Below, one piece after another: positions 1-10,177 of a stretch of DNA of 57,176 nt. Position 1 is the first letter of the stretch. Every line of letters starts with the position of its first letter. The translations under genes were made by a program, and so were the position numbers. The stretch comes from Octopus bimaculoides (taxonomy: Eukaryota): positions 59,417,849-59,475,024 of the forward strand of contig NC_068994.1 in assembly GCF_001194135.2 (NCBI RefSeq), written 5' to 3'. The notes beneath the pieces are model-generated. The model had not been told where the DNA came from. It saw nothing but the letters and a program-made list of their open reading frames with translations, and did not search any database.

Positions 1-108
1 ATATATATATATTTATATACATATATATATATACACACACACACATATATATACATACACACACACACATATATATATATATATACATACATATATGTGT
101 GTGTGTGT
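1..108. repeat. Compound (TA)n/(CA)n/(TG)n microsatellite
   Basis: Direct reading of dinucleotide runs. Confidence 0.95.
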
Positions 109-490
109 GGAGGTACAATGGCCCAGTGGTTAGGGCAGCGGACTCGTGGTCATAGGATTGCGGTTACAATTCCCAGACTGGGTGTAGTGAGTGTTTATTG
201 AGCGAAAACACTGAAAGCTCCAGAGGCTCTGGCAGGCAGGGGTGACAAACCCTGCTGTACTCTTTCACCACAACTGTCTCTCACTCTTTCTTCCTGTTTC
301 ACTTGTACTTCTATTTCAAAGGACCAGCCTTTTCATACTCTGTGTCATGCTGAATCTCCCCAAGAACTACATTAAGGGTACGTGTGTTTATGGAGTACTC
401 AGCCACTTGCATGTTAATTTCATGAGCAGGCTGTTCTGTTGGTTGGATCAACTGGAACCTTTGTCATCATAACCAACGGAGTGCCGCCCA
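109..490 (+). mobile_element. tRNA-derived SINE, family A
   Basis: A-box-like TGGCCCAGTGG (119-129) and B-box-like GGTTACAATTCC (162-173). The body (gaactacattaagggtac...catgttaatttcatgagcaggctgttc) recurs reverse-complemented at about 5090-5403 and partly at about 23380-23490. Confidence 0.8.
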
Positions 491-519
491 ATGCCAGTGC
501 CACTTTGACTGGCTTCTGT

Positions 520-668
520 GCCGGTGGCACATAAAAATCACCATCCGATTGTGGTTGATGCCAGCTCCTCTGGCCCCTGTACCAGTGACACGTAAAAAGC
601 ACCCACTACACTCTCGGAGTAGTTGGCGTTAGGAAGGGCATCCAGCTGTAGAAACACTGCCAGATCAA
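520..668 (+). repeat. Interspersed repeat containing aaaagcacccactacactc...gggcatccagctgtagaaac (probable SINE/RTE 3' tail)
   Basis: The same block recurs at about 27595-27790 (-), 35630-35800 (+) and more degenerately elsewhere. Confidence 0.7.
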
Positions 669-1254
669 ATTTGCTAATCATATGACAATGTCATAGCAAG
701 GGTTCACAGTAGTCAAGAACAAAGACACTCTTGGAATCCGCCCCCCTTTCATTAATAGACATAGTAGGCCAGAGTAAATTGTAGACCCCTTTTACATCTC
801 GGCCTGAGAGTGACTTTTTCCTCTCCCGCCCCACCGTCTCTGCCACAGTCTGAACACGCCAAGAAAAATTCAGAATCGTAAAAATCGAAATTTTTGTATT
901 TTTTTAAACGTGATATCTCAAAAGAATTTTCGGGAAAAGTTAAAAACGAAAAATCGGTGTTTGTCTGTTTCCATTAAAGATTTTAAAATCAAAATTATAA
1001 AAGTAAACCCCAGTGGCCGGGACTTGGAGGAAAAAAAAAAGTTTCCGGTGAGATTTCTTTATTCCGTGAATAATGGACAAATAATTGTTTTCGTTCTTAT
1101 TTGAAAATATTAGGTAACAGTTTATAAAAACAAAATGTTGAACGCCACTGTTTGACCAAACACAAGGAATACAGGATCTTTGTATAAAGATGTCTTATAA
1201 AAGAATCTTCAAGTAAATATCAATCAGTTTTCCAAAAGACATCTTAGTCGTTCC

Positions 1255-1395
1255 TCAATAGACACAAATCACCCCCAGAACTTGATTCGTACTTTATCGA
1301 TCCCGGGAAAATGCGCTGGTCTTGGCGCAGTTTAAACTCTGACCCACAAAAATTCCTCGTCCGACACCCGCTAACGATTCTGCCAGGGCCCTGCC
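1255..1395 (-). mobile_element. Old, degenerate copy of SINE family B
   Basis: The reverse complement reads ctggcagaatcgttagc...gggatcgataaagtac...ctgggggtgat, matching the family B copies at 8968, 31282 and 52235. Confidence 0.55.
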
Positions 1396-1687
1396 CTCGA
1401 TAACCGTTGCTTGAAATGCTTCTATTAGAAGCCAGCAACTAGTTACGAAGTGTGTGAGATAATTGCAAAATAGATCCAGATTCCGAAGCCGTGTTGTTTC
1501 AACAGAGAAGAATGGCTGTTGTTGTTAACACTTCCAAAAACAAAAGAAAAGGATTGAGAATCTTAATTTATAAAGTAAAGCATTTTCTTACCGTATAAAC
1601 AAACATGGCTAAAATAATCTCAGCCTCGTTGAACACCAGAAGATTAGAGGTTTTATTGGAGAGATGAGAGACAACAACATATATAAT

Positions 1688-1905
1688 AAATATGGCAGCG
1701 CAGTTGGTTAGAGTTGATTCGTGGAATAAAGGTCCACTTGCCGAGTTTGTTTTAACCAGAGGAAAGATATTTTGTCCGAGATCAAAGCAGGGATTGCGAT
1801 TTTCTCCACGAAAAACTAAGCGTCTTTGTCGCTGTCGTCATCACTGCCACCACTGCTGCTGTTGTGATAACCGTCGTCGTCGGTATTTTTTAGCCCTAGG
1901 TCAGT
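1688..1905 (+). promoter_or_regulatory. Candidate CpG-rich first exon with YY1-like motif and splice donor
   Basis: Locally high CpG density, AAATATGGCAGC (1688-1699, YY1-like) and donor TAG|GTCAGT with GT at 1900-1901. Confidence 0.4.
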
Positions 1906-2289
1906 CCTGTTTGAACAAACCTATGATTAAAAACATTCCAGCATTGCTCATCTCATCTTTTTCTCGGGTATCATGTGTGTAAATACTACATTGCACAAAT
2001 TAGTCTCACATTATTTGTATGGCTGTTGTGAGATTTTAAGGAAATTTGACTGCTATTTCTAGCAGGTCAAATTAGTGACACCTTTGATATATTACCTCCC
2101 ATAGGACAACTCCCCCTCCCCCGCACGACAACTACTCCCTAAGACAATTACCTCTTTGCTTAATTACCCCCTCTCCAATATATTAAGAAGTTTTAAATCA
2201 TCATCTGCTGTCCTCAGGGGTATTTGTCTGTCCATGGGATGTAAATGTCCTAGACCCGACATCTATACTGGCTGTGAGCGGATGGGGGG

Positions 2290-3235
2290 GGGGACTCTGT
2301 GGAATTCTTGGTTCCTTGAATGAAAATTTTGAGTTTTGAATGATTTCTTTAAGAGTCTTTCTTAATTTTTCAGCACATTTCCGAACACTTACGAAAATTT
2401 CTTCCTTTCTGCAGTTCGTAAAATTGTCTTTGGTCGTTGTTACCATTCTTGTAGCTGATGGAACAGCGATATTTTTTCTTTCTCGAAGTTCTTTACGTTC
2501 CACGGAAATATCTTCTACACAAACAATCCACGTAAGGAGTCAAAACAAAAAATAATGTGCGCCCTGCTGCCTGTGTATATTTTTGAGTCTTGGAGCTGAC
2601 CAAGTATTATGTCTGAGCAGAGACGAGCAATGAAGAATGGTTAAATATGAGTCATTGTTTCTTGAATAGCAAGATTTAGGAGATGCTTATAGTAATGGAG
2701 ATAAATGGGGAACGGAAAAGATTCCTTTATTTTCGTTACCAAAGCCCCATAAACACGGTTCATATTTGCTACACTAACGAAACATTCTCCAAAAATTTTG
2801 TCAAGTTTCAACTCCAGTCGACTGAATAGATTTATAGAGACTTTATATTTCTTTCAGTAGAAAATGTTCTTGCATAGAAATCGATTAAACATTCCCTGAT
2901 TTCTTCTTCAGTTATGAATCCGAAGATTGTCACTCGTTTAACCGTGTTGACGTTTCCTCAATGATAAAGAAATATCCTAAACATTTCTTCATTTCAATTG
3001 CCATGATGCGTAACACAATCCTAGCCAGGGTATCAAGAATTTCGTCCCGGATAATAGCTCAGCTCCACTGTATACGTGCATTTAACTGACTTCTCAGTTT
3101 TCTTTTACTCTAAGTTAAAAATAATTTTGGTCCGAAGATGTAAAGATTAATAAATGGAACTTCGCCCAAATTGCTGTGATCTTCTGCGTTACGGAGCTGC
3201 GATTTTCTGGACAGTGAACAATAGAATTCCGATAA
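2290..3235 (-). pseudogene. Decayed hAT-family transposase fragment
   Basis: The minus strand translates in pieces to IIRDEILDTLARIVLRIMAIEMKKCLGYFFIIEETS (cf. QNEI...FSII.DETTD), LDKIFGECFVSVANMNRVYGALVTKIKE (cf. GQCYDGA.NM.G...G....IKE) and LHYYKHLLNLAIQE (cf. HC..H.LNL). Multiple stops and frameshifts. Confidence 0.65.
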
Positions 3236-3247
3236 TAGATTTCGCCA

Positions 3248-3415
3248 AGGCAGAGGCGTGGCTGTGAGGTAAAAAGTTTGCTTCTCAACTTCATGGTTCT
3301 GGGTTCAGTCCCACTGCATGGCACCCTGGGTAGGTATTTTCTACTATAGCCTCAGGCCGACCAAAGCCTTGTGAGTGTGTTTGGTTGACGGAAACTGAAA
3401 GAATCTAATCGTATA
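3248..3415 (+). mobile_element. tRNA-derived SINE, family C (CORE-like central block), truncated at assembly gap
   Basis: ggcgtggctgtgagg...gggttcagtcccactgcatggcaccctgggtaggtattttctactatagcctcaggccgacc; near-identical to 54117-54482. Confidence 0.8.
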
Positions 3416-4115
3416 TATATATATATATATNNNNNNNNNNNNNNNNNNNNNNNNNNNNNNNNNNNNNNNNNNNNNNNNNNNNNNNNNNNNNNNNNNNNNN
3501 NNNNNNNNNNNNNNNNNNNNNNNNNNNNNNNNNNNNNNNNNNNNNNNNNNNNNNNNNNNNNNNNNNNNNNNNNNNNNNNNNNNNNNNNNNNNNNNNNNNN
3601 NNNNNNNNNNNNNNNNNNNNNNNNNNNNNNNNNNNNNNTATATATATACTTAGATATAAGAGACCAAAGTGTACGTACGCCACTATATAGATATAAAATA
3701 CAAAATGGGACAAGAACGCAAAACATCCAGACAGCTAGGTGATACAAAAAGGGGCAACAAAGCATCCAGACAGACATTACAAAGAAAACAAGGATAGTTT
3801 AAACCATTCACAACAGATGTCTCTCAAATTCCTAATTATTATCGAATTTCTGAATAATCTAAGCTGTTTGATTTAGTCCCATTTCTGTGACATTGTCTTG
3901 CAGAAGCAGGAGAACCAGTGGAATGACATTTGGAATTATCTTCAGATTCGAAAGAGCCAGACACTGTAGGGACTCAGGAAGTTTTTGCGAAGACCTAATG
4001 ATCATTTTTCAGAAAGCTGTTCTTGGCGATTGTTCGGGAAAATATGTGGATTACAGAAACATCACTTTTATTATCATTACTTTATTCAGTTCTATATTTA
4101 AGAGATGAGGAATTA

Positions 4116-4258
4116 TGTACATTATTTACAGTTGACGGATATTTGTCCTCATCTTATTTGTTGTTAACACAACGTTTCGGCTGATATATCCTCCAGCCTT
4201 CATCAGGTGTCTTGGGGAAGTTTCGAACCCGGGTTCTCATTCTGAAGGTATTTTTCTG
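4116..4258 (-). mobile_element. 5'-truncated copy of hammerhead-bearing SINE (family H)
   Basis: About 130 bp closely similar to 5535-5670. It lacks the tRNA head present in the second copy. Confidence 0.8.
4166..4211 (-). ncRNA. Minimal type I hammerhead ribozyme motif (Penelope-type), intact
   Basis: Minus strand reads GACAC-CUGAUGA-A-GGCUG-gaggauauau-CAGCC-GAAA-C-GUU^GUGUU. It has the catalytic core CUGANGA...GAAA, a 5-bp stem II, a 5-bp stem I (GACAC/GUGUU), a palindromic ACGU in place of stem III and the NUH triplet GUU. Confidence 0.8.
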
Positions 4259-4407
4259 GTGTTCTTGAAAAATGCTGAGAGAAGCTACTCCTTTCTTTCA
4301 AAGTTTGATGTCCTCATTTCCACATTCCCCCTATTTCTCTTTTTGGGTTCAACACCTTCCCTAAAATAGTCCTTCCTTTATCACCACCTTAATGTGTGCT
4401 TATTATT

Positions 4408-4592
4408 TTGGTAGAATCATTAGTGCGTCGAACAAAATGCTTAGCGGCGTTTTCTTCTGGTTCTTTACATTCAGAGAACAGGTTCCGCCGAGGCTGATTT
4501 TGTCCTTCACCGTCTCGAAGTTGATATAAGTACCTAAGTACCAGTCAATATAACCAGTGGATGTAATCGACTTGCCCTCTCTTCTCAAAATG
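4408..4592 (+). mobile_element. SINE family B copy
   Basis: ggtagaatcattagtgcgtcgaacaaaatgcttagcggc...taagtaccagtc...gatgtaatcgacttgccc matches the other family B copies. Confidence 0.7.
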
Positions 4593-4629
4593 GATGAGTT
4601 TTCCCTAAAATTTGAAGCAGTTATTTATA

Positions 4630-4662
<33 letters not shown>

Positions 4663-5089
4663 TTGCTGTTCCTGTTGTTGTCTAGAGTGAGCCAGAGAAT
4701 TATGACTGGAAGTTTTTTCTCGACCTTGCCGTTACAGTAAACGAGTTGAGAGCAAAGATAGTATACAGCTAGAGTTATGTCCCTTAACAAAAGATAACCT
4801 TGAAACAATAAAATTGTTTTCAGTAATTGTTTTGATTTTCACTAAATTAATCTCTGAATGATTTGCTTTTGTATTTAAAATATAATCATTTATATTTTTC
4901 TTAAACAAAAATCTAAACATAACAGGTTTATAGCTTTAATAACATTTAAATAATATCTTTAAAAAATGAAGGTTGTTGAGATTTTGAATTATTTCAGCGA
5001 TGACTGCGCCCGCGATCCACGGACTTTGGGCAACCTTTTCTGGACGACTGAACGAACACTACACTGTGCTAACTTAACTGGCACTCGGT

Positions 5090-5403
5090 CGCTTATGACG
5101 ATGAGTGTTGCAGCTGATCCGATGAACGGAACTGCCTGTTCATGAAATTAACGTTCAAATGGCTGAATACTCCACACACACGCCCACCCTTAACGTAGTT
5201 CTTGGGGAGATTCAGCGTGACACGGAATGTGACAAGGCTGGCCCTTTGAAATACAGGTACTACTCATTGTTTTCCAGCTGAGTGGATCGAAGCAACGTGA
5301 AATAAAGTGTCTTGCTCAAGGACATAACGCACCGTCAAGAATTCAACTCACGACCATACAATCGTGAGACTAAAATCTTAACCACTTAGCGGTGCGCCTT
5401 CAC
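5090..5403 (-). mobile_element. tRNA-derived SINE, family A
   Basis: The minus strand starts gtgaaggcgcaccgctaagtggttaag...gagttgaattc, and the 3' half matches 300-490. Confidence 0.8.
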
Positions 5404-5534
5404 GCTGATGAGATTTAATGAAGAATTGACTCAATACTTGCTGAAGGTCAGTCATTTTCCACTGTAGTCAATATTTAATTAGAGAGTTGTCTCCCCTGCC
5501 TGTTCAGTAATAGTCTTCATTATTACAGGTGTGA

Positions 5535-5767
5535 TTTTACAATTGACGGATATTTGTCCTCATCTTGTTTGTTGTTAACACAACGTTTCGGCTGATATAC
5601 CATCCAGCCTTCATCAGTCAGGTGTCTTGGGGAAATTTCGAACTTGGGTTCTCGTTCCTAAGGTATTTTTCGATGTTGTTATTATTATTGAGGTCACTGC
5701 CTGGAATCGAACTCGGAATCTTGGGGTTAGTAGCCCGCGCTCTTAACCACTACGCCATATGTCCGTG
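5535..5767 (-). mobile_element. Full-length tRNA-headed SINE carrying a hammerhead ribozyme (family H)
   Basis: Minus strand: tRNA-like head 5767-5692 with A box TGGCGTAGTGG (5757-5747) and B box GAGTTCGATTCC (5714-5703), then an (AAT)n spacer, then the same body and hammerhead as 4116-4258. Confidence 0.8.
5577..5626 (-). ncRNA. Minimal hammerhead ribozyme motif, stem I displaced by a 4-nt duplication
   Basis: Minus strand: GACAC-cuga-CUGAUGA-A-GGCUG-gaugguauau-CAGCC-GAAA-C-GUU^GUGUU. The forward-strand tcag is duplicated (5614-5617/5618-5621). Confidence 0.7.
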
Positions 5768-7071
5768 ATTTTAATTAATAAAGATCTCTTGGTTTACAGC
5801 ATCAAATATGTTAGTGCCCAGATAGTTATAGGCTCCTCCCTTGATGAGGTTAATGTAGTTGGTGTTTTAAATTCTGCTGTTCGATGTCTGAAGGGAGACT
5901 TTCATTAGGAAATAGGTGAGTTTGAAACCCAGGCACGACTTAATTTGTACTGGTTTAGTGGTAGACACGTTGCTGTTTGAAGGTAGCAGCAATCATTGTC
6001 GTCGTAACAAACCAGAGACAGAGAAACGAATGGTATGTCAGTGAGCCGCCATGGGTTATAAGGTGTTGAGAACTAAATCATTTTACTATCTCTTTAAATG
6101 AACTCGATCTGTTCTGGGATGCTTGTTTGTAGCATCTCGTAATGTAAATTTTTGTAAAGAGTCACCAACTGAACAAGACATTTGCAGTGAGTATGAGGGT
6201 CTTAGTTAATGGGTCCGGTGGTGTAGCGCTCGTTACCATATTTAGTGATTATGCGTTGGGTTTGGTTAAAGAAACTTGTCAAGTTTCAGTCGTAGTCTTT
6301 GAGATAACAGTTTATCGTAAAAAGAAAACACGCCTGGCTTGTTGTACCTTGGTGGCGTGTGGCTGACGTAATATACATTCACCACCAAGAATGGTGAGTG
6401 TATATTTTAAATACAACCAGTTCACTAACATGAAGTGCTTTAGTTTGGCCGTGACTTCCCTTCATTGCGGCAAACTAGTTTTTTTCATTTTGTGAGCTGT
6501 TTGCACTTACTTTTTACTGATGCAGACGACCACTAATCTCTTCAGAGTTAACTATTTCACTTTGATATTTTAAATATATTTTCACACACGTCTTTATGCT
6601 GAAAAGAACTCGTCAAACATGCAAACTCGCCGACAGAAAGATGACGATGACGGCGGCAGTGGTGGTGGTGAAGAGGAGGAGGACGACGCGATACTGAAAT
6701 ATTTGCTTATCAGAATGTGTGACATTCTCTGCAAGTTATTAGGTGAACATTTGTTGGTTCAACAGAAGCGATTTGTGTGACATACAGCTTTATTAACGGC
6801 AGCTCTTTAGCACACACAGACGTGGACAATCAGTTCAAAAGTAGCCGTCCCTAGGAGGTCGGGTTTGGAGATTTTACCGATATTTTTTATTCTTTAAAAA
6901 CGCAAATATATTGTAATCGTATAAGCATCTTTTCAACATATCATATATATNNNNNNNNNNNNNNNNNNNNNNNNNNNNNNNNNNNNNNNNNNNNNNNNNN
7001 NNNNNNNNNNNNNNNNNNNNNNNNNNNNNNNNNNNNNNNNNNNNNNNNNNNNNNNNNNNNNNNNNNNNNNN

Positions 7072-7108
<37 letters not shown>

Positions 7109-7114
7109 ATATAT

Positions 7115-8960
7115 ATGGTTTAATACCAACAAAGGGAGGGGCAGAGCAATGTTCACCCAGTTCAACATAGTCGATATCAAAAAGCTTACAGGTCAGAGTA
7201 CTTTCCATTGCTGGGTGCTTCACTAACATTAGCGATGGAGACATAGATGTCGTTATGCACACCAGGGAAACGGTGCTGCTTAAAAAAGGTCGAGCAAACC
7301 AATTCCGTCGGCTCTTTTGACATGGTAATGGGGCTTACGATAGCTCTGATGTATGCGACCTCGCTCGGTTGTATATCCTGGATACCCTAAGGAAGAAACT
7401 CCCGTCCTCTTTGGTCTCTACAGAGATGACATCCTGGATATCTCTAGAGGGGCTGACGGGCAAGCCATAGACAGTCTTAGGAAAGACCTGATTAGCACCC
7501 TTAGCTCCATGGGACTGAAAATTACAATCGAGACCAACCTCACCACAGCAGACTTCTTAGACATCACGCTCGACTTGGGCTCTGGTGTATACAGGCCCTA
7601 CCGCAAGCCAAACGAGAGGCTGGCATACATCAACACAGCCTCCTGTCACCCACCCATCATGTTCAAAACCCCGGTGAAGGGTGACAGCAAGAGGATCTCG
7701 AATCTGTCCTCTAGCCAAGAAATTTTCGACGTAGCAGCCCCCTACTATAACGTGGCCCTAGCTGGTAATGGGTTAAGGGACTGCATCTCCTACATGCCGG
7801 GCCCTAACACCCGCAGAAGGAAGTGCCGCCGAAATGTCATTTGGTTTGCCCTCAACGTAAAAACGTAGGTAGGATATTCCTTAGGCTAGTAGATAAGCAC
7901 TTTACACAATCACACAGATACGGACGCCTATTCAACAGACAGCCTAAGAGTTTCTTTTAGATGCGCCCCCAATATTAAGAGTATTTTAGTTAAAACACCT
8001 AGACCACGAGCGGAGACGGGGTGCTTATGCAGGGACTGCAGTAGATGCCCAGTGGGAAGCCAATGCGAAACCAAGGAAGTTGTTTACGAGGCTGAGATGG
8101 TATCTGACCCTAATAGCAGCAGCTGTTCCAGCAACTACGGAAGTAGCAGGAATGGCAGTAATAATGGCAATGGCAGCAATTTTAGCAGAAATAGCAGCAG
8201 CAAATGGCTAATGATAATGCTAATGATAATGATAATGACAATAATGACAACTACAACAACCACCACCACCACTATAGCGCCGATAACAGTTCCGACAACA
8301 ACGACGATGTCTATAGCAAGAGACACCAAAAACGACGACAACACCAACATCAACTCCGCCACCGTTGATGTTCCCTAAGCCAGCATTAATGACACCAGCA
8401 CCAACAACAGCGGAAGTAAGAGCGTTAACATCAACAGAAGCGGCAACACCAACAGCAGCATTCAAAAATATATTGGATGTACCGGAAACACCTTCAAGCA
8501 GCGCCTCTCCAATCACAAATTCTCGTTTAGGATCCCGGGGAGATGTTATGCCACATCCTTGGCCAGCCACGTGTGATGCCTGAATGATGAAGCGACTCTA
8601 GTTGTAATCACATAGAAGACCCTAGAAAAACCAGATACCTACATCAGCGGGAGAAAGCGTTGCAAGCTGTACATAGCAGAACGAGTAAGGATATGAAAGA
8701 ATGCCCTCAACCTAGGGAACATCTTAAATTCCAGGACGAAGTCTTCAAGCCCTGCTTACACTTCAAGCCATTTCTACTGAAATCTTGGGACTTGAAAGCT
8801 GATTGGGTGAATTCTGGATAGTAGTCTAAGGGAGACAATCCCTTGCACTTGACCTTTCTCCTTCATCTGTGTGTTCAATAACTAGCCACGAGGCTTTTTC
8901 TCCTCCCACGGCCATTAGATTCTGACCAGGCGTTGTAAAGCTGATCACTTTATGGACGCA
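7115..8960 (+). mobile_element. Penelope-like retroelement (RT + C-terminal GIY-YIG endonuclease), 5'-truncated and decayed
   Basis: In order: FTQFNIVD, FDMVMG/AYDSSDVCDL, FGLYRDD (YRDD 7419-7430), DFLDITLDL..GVYRPYRKPN, YINTASCHPP, RNVIWF, DKHF, linker CLCRDCSRCPVGSQC (8022-8066), VVY (8079-8087) and KYIGCTGNTFKQRLSNHKFSF (from 8466). Frameshifts and stops present. Begins directly after a (TA)n tract. Confidence 0.9.
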
Positions 8961-8967
8961 ATACAAT

Positions 8968-9080
8968 GGGTGAGCTGGCAGAATCGTTAGCACACCAGGC
9001 AAAATGCTTAGCGGTATTTCTCCCAGCTTTACGTTTGAAGTTCAAATTCCGCTGAGGTCGACTTTGCCTTTCATCCTTAG
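8968..9080 (+). mobile_element. SINE family B, 3'-truncated
   Basis: gagctggcagaatcgttagcac...gttcaaattccgctgaggtcgactttgcctttcatcctt. Confidence 0.8.
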
Positions 9081-9139
9081 TAATAAAAGTCATTATTGTG
9101 AATTGTTAAAGAGATTCAAAAGCAGACCGGTTTTGTTAA

Positions 9140-10130
9140 GTTACTATCGGTGGTGATCAGTTGATGGCTCAGCACCTCTCTTTGCTCAAACGTTCAAAGA
9201 CAAGACCAGAATCTGTCAGTGAGACCTCTGTCCTAAAGTATCCCTATACCAGATATACTTATTCTTTTACATATTTCAACCTTGAGGCTGTGGCCATGCT
9301 GGGGCACCGCCAGTGCCCTGTACTGGAAGAAGGCGTTCACAAGGGAGAACCCGTTTCCAGCAGAGAAGCTTAGTGAGGTCTCTCCATTTGCTTTTGAGTT
9401 TGTGGTCGCCATTCCTCCTAATTACTCCTTTCCATGCCTCGTGATCACTACCAACATGTGCATTGAAGTCTTCTTGTAGGACAAATGACTCAGTCTTCTA
9501 ACTTCGCTGTTCGGTGCATATACTTGCAACAGCCACAGTGGTCCTTCCTCTTAGTGACACCCACTAGTGCAGCTGGGGGTGGGGAGCGGTAGGGGCGACA
9601 TTTTTGGACGTTATATGTTTTTTGTGGGGTCCGGGGGAGGCAAACGGAAGGGCTGCCCTGGGTGGCACACACTCTAGCTACGTTAGTGGTGACATCCACC
9701 CCATACCACAATCCGACAGCCGAGGGCTTGTGTTTTTCCTCACTCCTGCCTGTGCAGATATTGTTGGCATTACACGAAAACCATGTACCCTTCTAAAGTA
9801 CATGGCTTTGGCATGGTTATATCTAGTCAGTAGCATTTAGTCTCCCCCACTTGCTCCTTCGCTTTGCCTGAAAGGGTTGTGACGTTTCAGTTCTCAATCC
9901 TTGATAGTCGTTCCTTCCTAGACTCGTTTCAATGTCCTGGAACACGTATCCTTTGTGCTCCCACCCCAAACGTCCCAGAACAAGTTGCAGGTTCATTGCT
10001 GGTTGTACCGACATTGGGTGAAGACTGCAATATATTTTTTGAATACACCTCTCTACCTAAGATCTGACCGTGTCCCTTAGTATCCCATGCGATGGACGAT
10101 GCAATATGTTTGTTCTATTGAACCCCTTTC
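9140..10130 (-). mobile_element. RTE-clade LINE 5' region / AP-endonuclease remnant
   Basis: Minus-strand pieces RIEN*NVTTLSGK (cf. GTWNV..L), AQAGV...SPRLSDC, LQVYAPNSE, DFNAHVGSDHEAWKGVI and RGAEPSTDHH. Interrupted by a MITE and a SINE fragment. Confidence 0.75.
9562..9688. mobile_element. 127-bp MITE with 8-bp TSD (hAT-type), nested in the RTE remnant
   Basis: Degenerate TIRs CACTAGTGCAGCTGGGG / CACTAACGTAGCTAGAG (12/17, all mismatches are transitions). Flanking direct repeat GTGACACC (9554-9561) / GTGACATC (9689-9696). Confidence 0.65.
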
Positions 10131-10141
10131 ATTTTCCAGCT

Positions 10142-10177
<36 letters not shown>

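Noticed and set aside
2415-2531. Apparent 117-nt symmetric + strand exon (good acceptor and donor) encoding a hydrophobic stretch
   Set aside because: It lies antisense to the hAT transposase remnant, and the only upstream ATG (1692) would read it in a frame that stops. Exonisation into a UTR cannot be excluded.
5692-5767. tRNA gene
   Set aside because: The A/B boxes and an anticodon-like loop are present but the acceptor stem does not pair, and it is joined to a repeat body. It is a SINE head. The same applies to the heads at 109, 3248, 5403 and 54117.
5900-6500. Possible Gypsy gag/PBS remnant on the minus strand
   Set aside because: Only faint similarity (…TSIPEQI…RD…TPYN), with no LTR pair or pol motifs.
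8905-8950. Possible hammerhead at the PLE 3' end (ctgaccaggc...gctgatcac)
   Set aside because: The core deviates at both conserved blocks (no CUGANGA, no GAAA), so it cannot be supported.
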